From assembly GCA_041946735.1 (NCBI GenBank), contig JBHGAY010000015.1:16170-80169 (forward strand): DNA of 64,000 nucleotides, in the 5' to 3' direction. Position 1 is the stretch's first letter. The number at the start of each line of letters is the position of its first letter. Source of the stretch: Candidatus Eiseniibacteriota bacterium (GTDB taxonomy: Bacteria > Eisenbacteria > RBG-16-71-46 > CAIMUX01 > VGJL01). The translations under genes were made by a program, and so were the position numbers. Below, in pieces: positions 1 to 8,776 of this stretch. The notes below the pieces were generated by a model. It did no database searches. It was not told where the DNA came from and saw nothing but the letters and a program-made list of their open reading frames with translations.

Positions 1-441
1 CGAGGACGGCTCGCAGGTTCGTGTTGATCATGTCGCGCGCGATCAAGGTTTCGTCGAGCGTCTTGTCGCCGATCAGATTCCTCAAGTTGGTCTGGGCGAG
101 GGTGGTGGCGGCGAGGCCGAAATGCTGCACCTCGAAGACGGCGCGCACCGGATCGACGACGCGGTAGTAGATCACCGCGTCGACGGTGACCGTCACGTTG
201 TCGCGCGTGATGACCTTCTGCGGTTCGACATTGATCACCTGCTCGCGCATGTCGACCTTGATCAGCTCGTCGACCAGCGGCGTCAGGAACGTGAGCCCCG
301 AGCTCGCCGTCGCGTGATACTTGCCGAGGCGCAGGACGAGCCCCTTCTCGTACTGCGAGACGATCCGCGCGCTCCTGGCGAGGATGATCAGGAGCACGAA
401 GGCGAAGAAACCGACGATGATCAGGGTCGCGTTATGGCTCA
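1..441 (-). CDS. SPFH/band-7 (stomatin-like) protein, N-terminal part; the gene continues past the window start
   Basis: The reverse complement from 441 reads MSHNATLIIVGFFAFVLLIILARSARIVSQYEKGLVLRLGKY...VTVDAVIYYRV, a typical stomatin/PHB N-terminus with one TM helix then the SPFH core. Its ATG overlaps the NfeD stop in an ATGA. Confidence 0.8.
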
Positions 442-909
442 TCACGCACCTCCGCCGGACGATCCCGGCTGCTCGGGGACGACGTAGAGGGTCACACCGT
501 CGATTCGCGTCACGCGCGCGCGCGATCCGGGCTCGATCGGACCTCGGACCCCCGCGTCGAGGCAGGCCCTCCATTCCTCCCCCTCGGTCCGGATCCGACC
601 GGGCCGATCGGAACTGATCGTCTCGACGACCTGCACGGTCTTGCCGAGGATCGCGTCGGTGTTCGTCGCCAGCCCGCCGCGGCCCCAGCGATTCCGGATG
701 CGGCGGCGGCCGGCGAAGACGTAGAGGAGCGAGAGGATTCCGCCTGCGGCGACGCCGATCGCCGCCGACTTCGTGAGCAGGCCGAGGACTCCGCCGAGGA
801 GGATCGCCGACCCGATCAAGAGGAAGTCGAAGCCGGTCACCGCGCCGAGGACGACCTCGATCAGGATCAGGACCGCTCCTGCGATGACGAGCAGCCAGTT
901 CACCATCAT
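442..909 (-). CDS. NfeD-family membrane protein, the stomatin operon partner
   Basis: 155 aa with two N-terminal TM helices and a C-terminal OB-fold-like segment, the standard short-NfeD architecture. It is translationally coupled to the downstream stomatin gene. Confidence 0.75.
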   Translation of the reverse strand: MMVNWLLVIAGAVLILIEVVLGAVTGFDFLLIGSAILLGGVLGLLTKSAAIGVAAGGILSLLYVFAGRRRIRNRWGRGGLATNTDAILGKTVQVVETISSDRPGRIRTEGEEWRACLDAGVRGPIEPGSRARVTRIDGVTLYVVPEQPGSSGGGA

Positions 910-1092
910 CGTCCCTCCTGTACAGGGGGTGGAAACTGGCGAAAACGCTACGGCCAGCCGGGAGGAGGGTCAAGCGAACTCGGCCACAATCGTTCGTGGC
1001 GAAGCGGCCTCGGGACTGGCAGAATCGGCGGGCAAGACGGCGAGAGGGCGCGCCTCGCGTGCGATTGCCGGGCGCATCCGAGGGAGGCTCCG

Positions 1093-1710
1093 ATGTCCCA
1101 TCCGTTTCTGATCGGCCGCCGGGTCCAGCTTCGCGCGATCGAGGAGGAGGACGCGCCGGCGTACGTCGAGTGGCTCAGCTCCCCGGACATGCGCGAGTTC
1201 CTGCTGATCCGCTTTCCGCAGACGACGCAGGGGGAGCGGGAGTGGATCGCGTCGATGCGCGGGAAGGAGAAGCCGCCGGCGAACCTGGTCTTCTCGATCG
1301 AACGCAAGAGCGACGGGCGTCACATCGGCTGCTGCGCCCTGCACCAGATCGACTGGGTCCACCGGCGGGCGATGACCGGCAGCTTCCTCGGGCCGCCGGC
1401 GTTGCGGGGCAAGGGGCTGGGGACCGAGGCGAAGAACCTGCTGCTCGACTACGCCTTCGGGGAGCTGGGCTTGCAGTCGATCTGGGCGATCGCCTTCGAC
1501 CGGAATGCCGCCTCGCGCCGGGCGCTGGAGAAGCAGGGATACCGGGCGAGCGGCGTGTTCCGGAAGGCGTTCCTGGTCGGCGGCGAGTGGAGCGACGCCG
1601 TCTACTTCGACCTCCTGCGCGAGGAGTGGGCGGCGATGCGCGGGGCGAGGAAGGGAGCGGGAGGCGGCCAGGCGGCGCGAAGCGGCAGGAGGTCGGCGGG
1701 CCGGGCCTAG
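1093..1710 (+). CDS. GNAT-family N-acetyltransferase (RimJ/RimL-like)
   Basis: 205 aa. An acetyl-CoA binding motif RGKGLGTEA follows a beta-strand core and there is a conserved WAIAFDRNAASRRALEKQGY segment. Codon usage is strongly GC3. Confidence 0.8.
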   Translation: MSHPFLIGRRVQLRAIEEEDAPAYVEWLSSPDMREFLLIRFPQTTQGEREWIASMRGKEKPPANLVFSIERKSDGRHIGCCALHQIDWVHRRAMTGSFLGPPALRGKGLGTEAKNLLLDYAFGELGLQSIWAIAFDRNAASRRALEKQGYRASGVFRKAFLVGGEWSDAVYFDLLREEWAAMRGARKGAGGGQAARSGRRSAGRA

Positions 1711-1811
1711 CTGGCCGAGCCCTGGACGGCGAGCGCTCGGCGGCGCGGATGCGGCGACCGCCCGACGGCGACGGAGGCGGCGACCGCCCGGCTGTCCGCG
1801 CGTTCGAAGCG

Positions 1812-2470
1812 ACCGGCTGCGGGTGCCGGAGGCGTTGTCCCCGCGTTCTAAGTGACCGGCCGCGGTGCTGGACGCGTTGTGCCCGCGTTTGAAGCGGCCG
1901 GCAGCGGCGCCAGACGTGCTGCTCCCGCCTTCGACGTCCCCGGCACCGCTGGGCGAGCCATGATGCGGGCGCATCCTCCGCCATGCAGCGGTGCCGCACC
2001 CACCTGCTCTCCCGCACGATCAGGCGCGCAGCGCCGCCGGACGCATCGTCCCCGCGCATCGGTCCTCACGCAGCGCCAGCGGCCCCAGGATCCCGCCGGA
2101 AGTCCCGCTCAGCAGCACTGCGGGACGTATTGTCCCCGCTTTCGGTGCGCCATGCAGCGCTGCGGGACCTATTGTTCCCGTTTTCGGTGGTGCCAGCAGG
2201 ACGAGTTGACACGAAAGAAAACGTAGAAAACCTGGCCTGCGCCACCGAATGTCCCATCGCAGGCACGGAAAAGGTCACCCGCGGCGCTGCGCGCCACGTA
2301 ATACGCAGGAACAGGGTGTCCCGCAGCGCCGGCGGAAGTGGTGAACACTCGGAACAGCTCGTCGCGCAGCGCCGGCGACCCCCCGAGACGCCGGAACAGC
2401 CCGTCCGCGCCTGCTGCAGGACGCATCGAAACTGGGGACAATGCGTCCAGCAGTCCTGCAGGCACCATTG
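1812..2470. repeat. Array of degenerate 40-45 bp tandem repeats built on a palindromic core GGGAC-N5-GTCCC, with at least 8 direct and 2 inverted copies (REP/BIME-like)
   Basis: Three near-perfect 43-bp tandem units lie at 1812-1940. Diverged copies sit near 2030, 2110, 2160 and 2310, and an inverted copy near 2440 (GGGGACAATGCGTCC). The array fills the 1.1-kb gap between the GNAT gene and the next CDS. Confidence 0.7.
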
Positions 2471-2855
2471 ATACGCGAGGATCGTGTTACAGACAGCGCG
2501 GCATGACGCACCGAAAGCGGGGACGATAGGTCCTGCAGTGGCGTCAAACGGGCTGTACCGACGCGCATCGTTTACAGCCCTGACAAGGGTCGGCTACACC
2601 GGCGTGTCGCGACGGGATGTCGGCCGGCCAGTATCTCCCTGTCGATCTCTCGACCGTTGCTCGCTCTCCTCCTCCCCACCCTTACGACATGACCGTTTAT
2701 GAACGACGAACGATACCGGTCTGTCTCGCAAGGATTGCCAACGAGTTACGGAAGTCGAAGAAGCACGGAGATCGCTTCTCGCAACCAATGGCCCACCTCG
2801 TGCGTAGGTAGGGTGGCAAGGGCGAAACCGGCCTCTTGCCGGAAAGGAGCAGGTC

Positions 2856-3599
2856 ATGAGACTGCCACTCATCAGCTGGGGCGCCGAAGGCATCCGTCGC
2901 GCGGGGATCTTCATCGTGGCGATGCTGAAGGCGTGGCTGGGCATCCCGGTCGAGATCGTGAACGCCTTCGTCGCCCGGCAGGACGGGCTGGTCGCCCGCA
3001 TCAACGAGTGCGGCCAGGCTGCCGACCGGACGGTGGAGGCCAAGGCGAACTGCAACTACCGGAAGGGGGAGCTGATCCGGTGCGTGCGGCGGCTCGCGAG
3101 CGAGCTGAAGCTGGCGTGCGGCAACAACGCCCGCGCACCCCTCTATCGGTTCTTCTTCCCGAAGGGGCTGCCTGCCTTCACACGGTCGACGATCGAGTCG
3201 GTCGTCGTGCAGGTGCAGGAGCTGCACACGAAGATCGCCCTCGATGGCTGCCCGCCCTCGGTGGCGCCGTTCGCGGAGCCCCTCGCGTCCCTGCGAAGCG
3301 ATCTCGAGCAGGCGGTCCAGGCACTGAAGGGCTGCCAGGAGGACGAGGCCCAGGCGAAGATCGCGTACGAGAACGAGAAGCTGCTGTGGATCGAGGCGTA
3401 CGCCCAGCTCTACCACCGACTGCGCGCGCACTTCGCCACCCAGCCGGAGCTGGCCGAGACCTTCTTCCCGGCGCCACGAATCCGCCGGCGGTCCTCGGAG
3501 GAGGCGCTGCTGGAGGGAGCGACTGCAAGCGATGCCGGAAACGGGAACGGGAGCGAAAGCACATCCGTGGCGGCGGCGCAACCGCCCGCGGCGGCGTAG
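2856..3599 (+). CDS. Hypothetical protein, 247 aa with 6 Cys
   Basis: Strong GC3 codon bias. AGGAG lies 7 nt before the ATG. No family recognised, and the N-terminal hydrophobic stretch may be a signal anchor. Confidence 0.6.
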   Translation: MRLPLISWGAEGIRRAGIFIVAMLKAWLGIPVEIVNAFVARQDGLVARINECGQAADRTVEAKANCNYRKGELIRCVRRLASELKLACGNNARAPLYRFFFPKGLPAFTRSTIESVVVQVQELHTKIALDGCPPSVAPFAEPLASLRSDLEQAVQALKGCQEDEAQAKIAYENEKLLWIEAYAQLYHRLRAHFATQPELAETFFPAPRIRRRSSEEALLEGATASDAGNGNGSESTSVAAAQPPAAA

Positions 3600-3767
3600 C
3601 GGCCGCCCGGGGACCAAGGCCGCATCGATACGAAAGGAGGGCCGCGTAGTACCCCGGCAGGAGCCGTAGCCGGGGAGTTTCGAGGAGTGACAGATGCGGA
3701 CGACATCGGGGCTGCGGTCCGTCACCGGATCGCAGCCCCTGTTCCTTGGGGCGGCCGTTGCAGCTGC

Positions 3768-4814
3768 TCACCGTCGCATCACGAGAATCCGGGTCGCGCG
3801 CGGGGATCCCTCGACGCGCGCGAAGTAGACGCCGGGCGAGACGGGCCGGCCGGCCCGGTCCTCCGTGTCCCAGAGGACCGCGGAGCTTTCGATCCTCCCC
3901 AAATCGCGAACGAGTCGCCCGGCGGCGTCGAACACCGCCATCTCCCGGCCGGTCGGAACAATCCCGTGGAAGCGGATCTCGGCCGCGCGCGAGACCGGGT
4001 TCGGGCTCACGCTTGTCTCGAACAGGTTCGAGCCGGGCAGATTCGCGGAGACGGCGGCCGGCTCGAGGAAGAAGAGGTCGAAGTGGAAGCCGCCGGATGC
4101 CGGGTTCTCCTCGTCCTCGAACGCCTGCCCGTAGCCGCTCGTGGAGAGCGACAGCCGGAAGTCCTCCACACCGAGAGGGATCGACTGATTCAGCTCGATC
4201 GTCTCCTCGCGGATCGAATGATAAAGGACTACACCGCTCACACTCCCGATCAGGCTGAAGTTCGCGACACCGTTGCCCGACGCGGAGAGAGTCCCGACGA
4301 TCTGGAGCTGCATCGGCGAGTCGACGAGGAACTCGGTGTCGAGCTGCGTGGCGCCGAGCGCCTCCGCGAAGTCGGCGGTGGTCCCGATCGTCGCCTCCGC
4401 CTGGAAGTCGGCGTCGACGGTGATCGAAACCTCGCCGATCTCGGAAACCTGCTGCGCCCACGAGTGCGCGCGCGCATCCTCGACGACCGCCTCGCTCTCC
4501 ACGCGTTCGTCGAAGGAGCCCGGGTCGGCGCTCTGCGTCTGGTCGTCGTGGAAGACGGTCTCCCCGTCGAGCGGATCGACGAGTGCGAAGCTCATAACCT
4601 GGCGGGATTGGGAGATGGGCTGCACGGCAGCCTCCGCTACAGGCGGATCGGCGATACCGAGCGGCAAGAGGAGGGCGCCGAAGATGGCCAGCGGAGACAG
4701 CGAGGAGCGGGGCGGGCAGGACGAGGTGGGCGAGGACGCTGCCGACGGGCTCAAAGGCGACGGCCCTGTCGTTGAAGTCGACATGGGGACCTCCCGAGGT
4801 TCACGGACGGACAC
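3768..4814 (-). CDS. Secreted protein with a C-terminal FlgD-Ig/T9SS-type sorting domain; start codon uncertain
   Basis: The C-terminus LWDTEDRAGRPVSPGVYFARVEGS...RILV matches the conserved C-terminal beta-sandwich sorting domain also found at the end of the C10 peptidase (26114..29521). An internal signal-like segment LAIFGALLLPLGIADPPVAEA suggests the true start is downstream of 4814. Confidence 0.6.
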   Translation of the reverse strand: MSVREPREVPMSTSTTGPSPLSPSAASSPTSSCPPRSSLSPLAIFGALLLPLGIADPPVAEAAVQPISQSRQVMSFALVDPLDGETVFHDDQTQSADPGSFDERVESEAVVEDARAHSWAQQVSEIGEVSITVDADFQAEATIGTTADFAEALGATQLDTEFLVDSPMQLQIVGTLSASGNGVANFSLIGSVSGVVLYHSIREETIELNQSIPLGVEDFRLSLSTSGYGQAFEDEENPASGGFHFDLFFLEPAAVSANLPGSNLFETSVSPNPVSRAAEIRFHGIVPTGREMAVFDAAGRLVRDLGRIESSAVLWDTEDRAGRPVSPGVYFARVEGSPRATRILVMRR

Positions 4815-4980
4815 GTCTGGCTAAAGAGGGCCGCGGCCGTGCCGGGCAGTGGAATTCCCCGGCTGCCCCGGTGGTCTGTGACATCGAGTCGAACGGATCG
4901 TTCCCCTGATACGCGATACGGGCGGATCGCACCGCGCGAACGGAAGCTCGGCAGGGGAAAGAGCCGGCCGACCGGGCAGC

Positions 4981-6657
4981 CTACTTCGCCGCGGAGTCGA
5001 TGACCAGATAGATCGTGGCGAGCTGCGAGAGCACTCCGAGCGTCGTGAGGGCTGACTTCCATAGGTCGCGCTGCGGCTTCCGGGGAACCCATATCGTGTC
5101 GCCCGGGCCGAGGCGGTCCACCTTGCCCTTCTTGATCCACTGGCCGGTCAGGGCGCGCACGACGGTGACCTTCCCTTTGTCGGCCTGGTCCGTGTAGCCG
5201 CCGGAGCGTTCCACGTAGCGGTCGATCTCCTCGCCCGCCAGGAACGGCACGTTGCCGGGGCGGCGCACCTCGCCCGCGACCGTGACGAACGGCTGGATCT
5301 TTGGAACGACCACGAGGTCGCCGGGCCGTACGTAGACGTCCTGCGATCTGTCCCCCTCGAGAAAGAGAGCGGGGAAGTCCACCGAGAGGACCGGCCGGCT
5401 CGTCCGCAGCCTCATGGAGTAGTACTGGAACTCCTCCGGGGTCATCTCGCCGGTCGGAAGCTGGCGCAGGCGATCGTACTCCGGGTCGGGCACCGCCTCC
5501 GGAATGTCTCGCGTGACGTACGCCTCCCCGAGCGCGGCGGTCGGCGTGAACCCTCCGACGTCCGCGATGAGCTGTGTGAGCAGCAGGGAGTCGGTGGGGA
5601 GCGCGTGCATCCCCGGGTTTCGCACCTCGCCGATCACGCGGACGGTCCGGCCTTCGCTGCGCTCGACACGCGGCCGCACGAAGAGAAGATCGCCCGGGCC
5701 GACGAGCATCGCGCGGTCGGCCGGATTGCGCAGGTCGAGGAGTCGCCGCGGGCGCGGCGCATCGCGCGACCCGCCGGACTGCAGATACGCGGAATCGGGC
5801 ATCGCCTCCTCGTCGAGGCCATGCGCGAGGGCGAGGAGCGTTCCCACCGAGTCGCCCGGGACCACCTCGACCGGGCCGGGCTTGCGGACCGCGCCGCTCA
5901 CCACCGCGGTCGCGACGTACGGCGGGACCACGATACGGTCCCCCGCTTCGACGGTGGGATTGTGGATGAGCGCGCCGGTCGCCTCGAAGAGGGCGAGATC
6001 GACGGGGAGCACGTTGCCGTCCTGGCGAAGAAGGCGAATCGCGCGCTGCGAGCTGCGGCGAGGTTGCGCCGAGCCGGCGAGGCTCGTGAGAGGCGCGGCC
6101 GCCGCCTGCTCCAGCTCTCGCTGGCCGATCTCGAACGGCTCCGCCCGAGTGACGAGCTCCGAGGCGCGGTCGTTCGGCGTGGCTTGCTGCAGTCCCGGCT
6201 TTCGCACCTCCCCGAGGACGTAAGCGGTGATCGTCCGCAGCTCGAGCAGGTGCAGATCGACCTCTCCGGAGCGGTAGTAGCGGGACATCGTGTCGCGGAG
6301 GAGATCGTTCGCTTGCTCGATCGTAAGGCCTGCAACGTGCACGGACGGCCCCTCCGGAAGGATCAGGTATCCGTCGGGCGTGACGCGCAGCGTTCGTTCG
6401 ACGGGCGGGGTCGCGCGAACGCGGAGGCTCAACAGGTCTCCGGGCCCGAGACGGTAGGCCGAGCGGTCGACGGGTCCTTCCAGCGGTCGCGGGAGCGGAG
6501 TCGTCCCGAGCGTACCCGGCTGGCTGTCCCCCGCAGTCCCGGGCGGCGCCGCCGGCGTTTGCGCTCCTGCGTTGCCGGACAAAGTGCATGCGAGGAGGGA
6601 CGCAAGGAGCAGGAGGATCGTGCAGGCGCCTGCGCGCCACGGCCGCTTCTGGAACAT
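4981..6657 (-). CDS. wza: Polysaccharide export outer-membrane lipoprotein (Wza-like, multiple SLBB domains)
   Basis: MFQKRPW...LLLASLLAC is a lipoprotein signal. Repeated GPGD/PGDxL SLBB motifs follow, and the C-terminal amphipathic helix TLGVLSQLATIYLVI is present. The upstream part of the track ORF 4981..7482 is rejected. GGAGGG lies 6 nt before the ATG at 6657. Confidence 0.8.
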   Translation of the reverse strand: MFQKRPWRAGACTILLLLASLLACTLSGNAGAQTPAAPPGTAGDSQPGTLGTTPLPRPLEGPVDRSAYRLGPGDLLSLRVRATPPVERTLRVTPDGYLILPEGPSVHVAGLTIEQANDLLRDTMSRYYRSGEVDLHLLELRTITAYVLGEVRKPGLQQATPNDRASELVTRAEPFEIGQRELEQAAAAPLTSLAGSAQPRRSSQRAIRLLRQDGNVLPVDLALFEATGALIHNPTVEAGDRIVVPPYVATAVVSGAVRKPGPVEVVPGDSVGTLLALAHGLDEEAMPDSAYLQSGGSRDAPRPRRLLDLRNPADRAMLVGPGDLLFVRPRVERSEGRTVRVIGEVRNPGMHALPTDSLLLTQLIADVGGFTPTAALGEAYVTRDIPEAVPDPEYDRLRQLPTGEMTPEEFQYYSMRLRTSRPVLSVDFPALFLEGDRSQDVYVRPGDLVVVPKIQPFVTVAGEVRRPGNVPFLAGEEIDRYVERSGGYTDQADKGKVTVVRALTGQWIKKGKVDRLGPGDTIWVPRKPQRDLWKSALTTLGVLSQLATIYLVIDSAAK

Positions 6658-6659
6658 CC

Positions 6660-7655
6660 TCATCCCTCCCGGCTCTCCCGGCTCGATCCGGCGGCGGCTT
6701 TGCCTGCCTGCGGCGCGGTCGCGCCCCCTGATCCCGTCTTTGGCCCCCGCGCAGCTTCCCACACTTTCAGGACTTCGAGAAACCCATAGATCCCGAGCAT
6801 CGAGCTGGTTGCGATGCCGATCCTGCCCTCGCGCCAGCCGCTCAGGCGCAGGTAGGACCAGAGGAAGAGGCGGACTCCCGCCCAGATGGCGATGAGGCCG
6901 GTCCGGGAGCGCGCCGCCTTGAGGCCCATGGCGGAGGTGCCGGGCGAGGTGCCGTCCAGGATGCGCTGCGCCTCGCGCGTCGTGTAACGGTTCGTCTTGC
7001 GGATGAAGTCGCGGAGGGTGGGATACGGCTCGTGGAGGATCGGCGCGGCAAGGCGTCCCACCGTCCCGTCGACCTCGAGCGGCTCGTGGATGGCGTGCAA
7101 ACGGTAGCGACCCCTGCCGGAGCGGAAGAGGCGGATCAGCCGGCGATGCCGGCCCCAGTAGCCGTAGCTCGGCCAGGTCCCGAGCACCGAGGTCCAGAAC
7201 GGGATCGCGAAGGCCGCGTCGCTCGGCTGCGACGCGACCGCCGCCCGCATCTCGGCGGCAAGCTCCGGCGAGACGCGCTCGTCCGCATCGACCTGCAGGA
7301 TCCAGCCCGCGGGGATCTGCGGGAACGCCCAGTTGAGATTGCCGTGCACCGGGTCGATCTCGGGCGGCAGCACGTGCGGAACGATCCACGAGGTGAAGCC
7401 CGCGGCGATCTCGACGGTCCGGTCGGTCGAGCCGTTGTCGACCAGGAGGATCCGGTCGGCCCAGAGGAGGGAGCGGAGGCATCGCTCGATGTTCGCTTCT
7501 TCGTTCAGGGCGAGGACGACGGCGGTGATCGCGTGGGGATCGGTGGCCGGGCCGCCCGGCAGCGGGAGCGAATCCGACGCCGGTGCCCGCGACGGTGCGG
7601 GTGCGGACGGCATGCCGCCGGGAACGTTCAGCGGAGCGGAAGCGCCCGCGCCCAT
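6660..7655 (-). CDS. Glycosyltransferase family 2; start 7655 or 7613
   Basis: AITAVVLALNEEANIERCL...LLVDNGSTD...QVDADE is the GT2 DXD-type fold. Its stop overlaps the wza start. Confidence 0.7.
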   Translation of the reverse strand: MGAGASAPLNVPGGMPSAPAPSRAPASDSLPLPGGPATDPHAITAVVLALNEEANIERCLRSLLWADRILLVDNGSTDRTVEIAAGFTSWIVPHVLPPEIDPVHGNLNWAFPQIPAGWILQVDADERVSPELAAEMRAAVASQPSDAAFAIPFWTSVLGTWPSYGYWGRHRRLIRLFRSGRGRYRLHAIHEPLEVDGTVGRLAAPILHEPYPTLRDFIRKTNRYTTREAQRILDGTSPGTSAMGLKAARSRTGLIAIWAGVRLFLWSYLRLSGWREGRIGIATSSMLGIYGFLEVLKVWEAARGPKTGSGGATAPQAGKAAAGSSRESREG

Positions 7656-8776
7656 TCGTAGGTCTCCAGGGTTGCCTGCACGCATCCCGAGATCGTATAG
7701 GAGCGAGCCCAGCGCTCGTGCCCGGCGGCGCCGAGAGCCGCGCGCCGCTGCGGATCGAGCGCGAGGCGAAGGACCGCCTCCGACATCGCCGCCGGATCGC
7801 GCGGTTCGACGAGCAGCCCCGTTTCTCCGTCGGCGACGATCTCCGGGATCCCGCCGGCGCGCGTCGCGACGATCGGCAGCCCAGACGCCATCGCCTCGAG
7901 CAGCACGATGCCGAGCGCCTCCTGGCGGGAGGGGAGAACGAAGAGATCGGCAGCCGCCATCAGTCGGGCGAGATCGCGCCGGAAGCCGAGCAGGCGGAGC
8001 CGCTCGCCGGCGGGAGAGCCGTCCGCCGCCGATCGGAGGCGCGCATCGAGCGGCCCGCGACCGGCCATCAGGAGATAGAGATCCGGGGCATCGGCGCGGC
8101 GGACCGCTCGCTCGAACGCCTCCCAGAGGTCGAGCGTCCCCTTCGTCTCATCGAGCCGTCCGGCGAAGAGCAGGAGGATCGCCGGCTGCGCGATCTTCAG
8201 CTCCTCGCGGACCTCGCGCCGCGCCGCCGCCCGCTCGACGGAGTTGCCGTCGACGCCGTGCGGGATCACGCGGATGCGCTCGGGCGGGAAGCGGTAGACG
8301 GAGGCGACGGCGCGAGCGACCACCTCACTCGGCGCGATGTAGAAGCGGGTGCGGCGCGCGCCGGCCCGCTCGATCCACAGACGCGGCCCGGTGCGCTGGT
8401 AGGGGGACCGTAGAACGTGGCCGTGCTCGGTCGCTGCGATCGCCATCGCGGGAACGCGCGGGAGAAGGGCGCGCAGCCAGGGGACCGAGACGTGGTCGTG
8501 GAGGAGCGCCGGGCGGAGCGCGCGCACCGCGCTCGCCACGGCCCTGGGCCCGCGCGGGTCGCGGCCGGTCGTCAGCCCGCAGCAGCGCACACCGGCTCCG
8601 GCGCTGCGCAGGATATCGCCCGCTCCACCGTCCCTCGAGAGATAGAGGACGCCGCAGCGCACGCCTTGCCGCGCCATCCCGACCGAGAGATCGAGGACGT
8701 GACGCTCGGCGCCGCCGCCGGTCCCCTCCCACAGGACGTGGAGGACGTCGAGAGCGCGAGGCGCCTCGGTGCTCAT
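7628..8776 (-). CDS. Glycosyltransferase family 4 (GT-B)
   Basis: 382 aa starting MSTEAPRALDVLHVL. The C-terminal domain carries the E-X7-E motif and FVLPSRQEALGIVLLEAMASGLPIVAT. Its ATG overlaps the Wzx stop in an ATGA. The N-terminal part of the track ORF 7628..10372 is rejected. Confidence 0.85.
   Translation of the reverse strand: MSTEAPRALDVLHVLWEGTGGGAERHVLDLSVGMARQGVRCGVLYLSRDGGAGDILRSAGAGVRCCGLTTGRDPRGPRAVASAVRALRPALLHDHVSVPWLRALLPRVPAMAIAATEHGHVLRSPYQRTGPRLWIERAGARRTRFYIAPSEVVARAVASVYRFPPERIRVIPHGVDGNSVERAAARREVREELKIAQPAILLLFAGRLDETKGTLDLWEAFERAVRRADAPDLYLLMAGRGPLDARLRSAADGSPAGERLRLLGFRRDLARLMAAADLFVLPSRQEALGIVLLEAMASGLPIVATRAGGIPEIVADGETGLLVEPRDPAAMSEAVLRLALDPQRRAALGAAGHERWARSYTISGCVQATLETYEWARALPLR

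Noticed and set aside
1812-2470. Possible CRISPR array
   Set aside because: The repeats are degenerate and 40-45 bp with essentially no unique spacers. Copies occur in both orientations. No cas genes are present. A REP-like palindromic array fits better.
3178-4461. 427-aa minus ORF and 362-aa plus ORF 3687..4775 overlapping the secreted-protein gene
   Set aside because: Low-complexity Arg/Gly/Pro-rich translations. The minus-frame CDS 3768..4814 with the conserved C-terminal sorting domain is the real gene.
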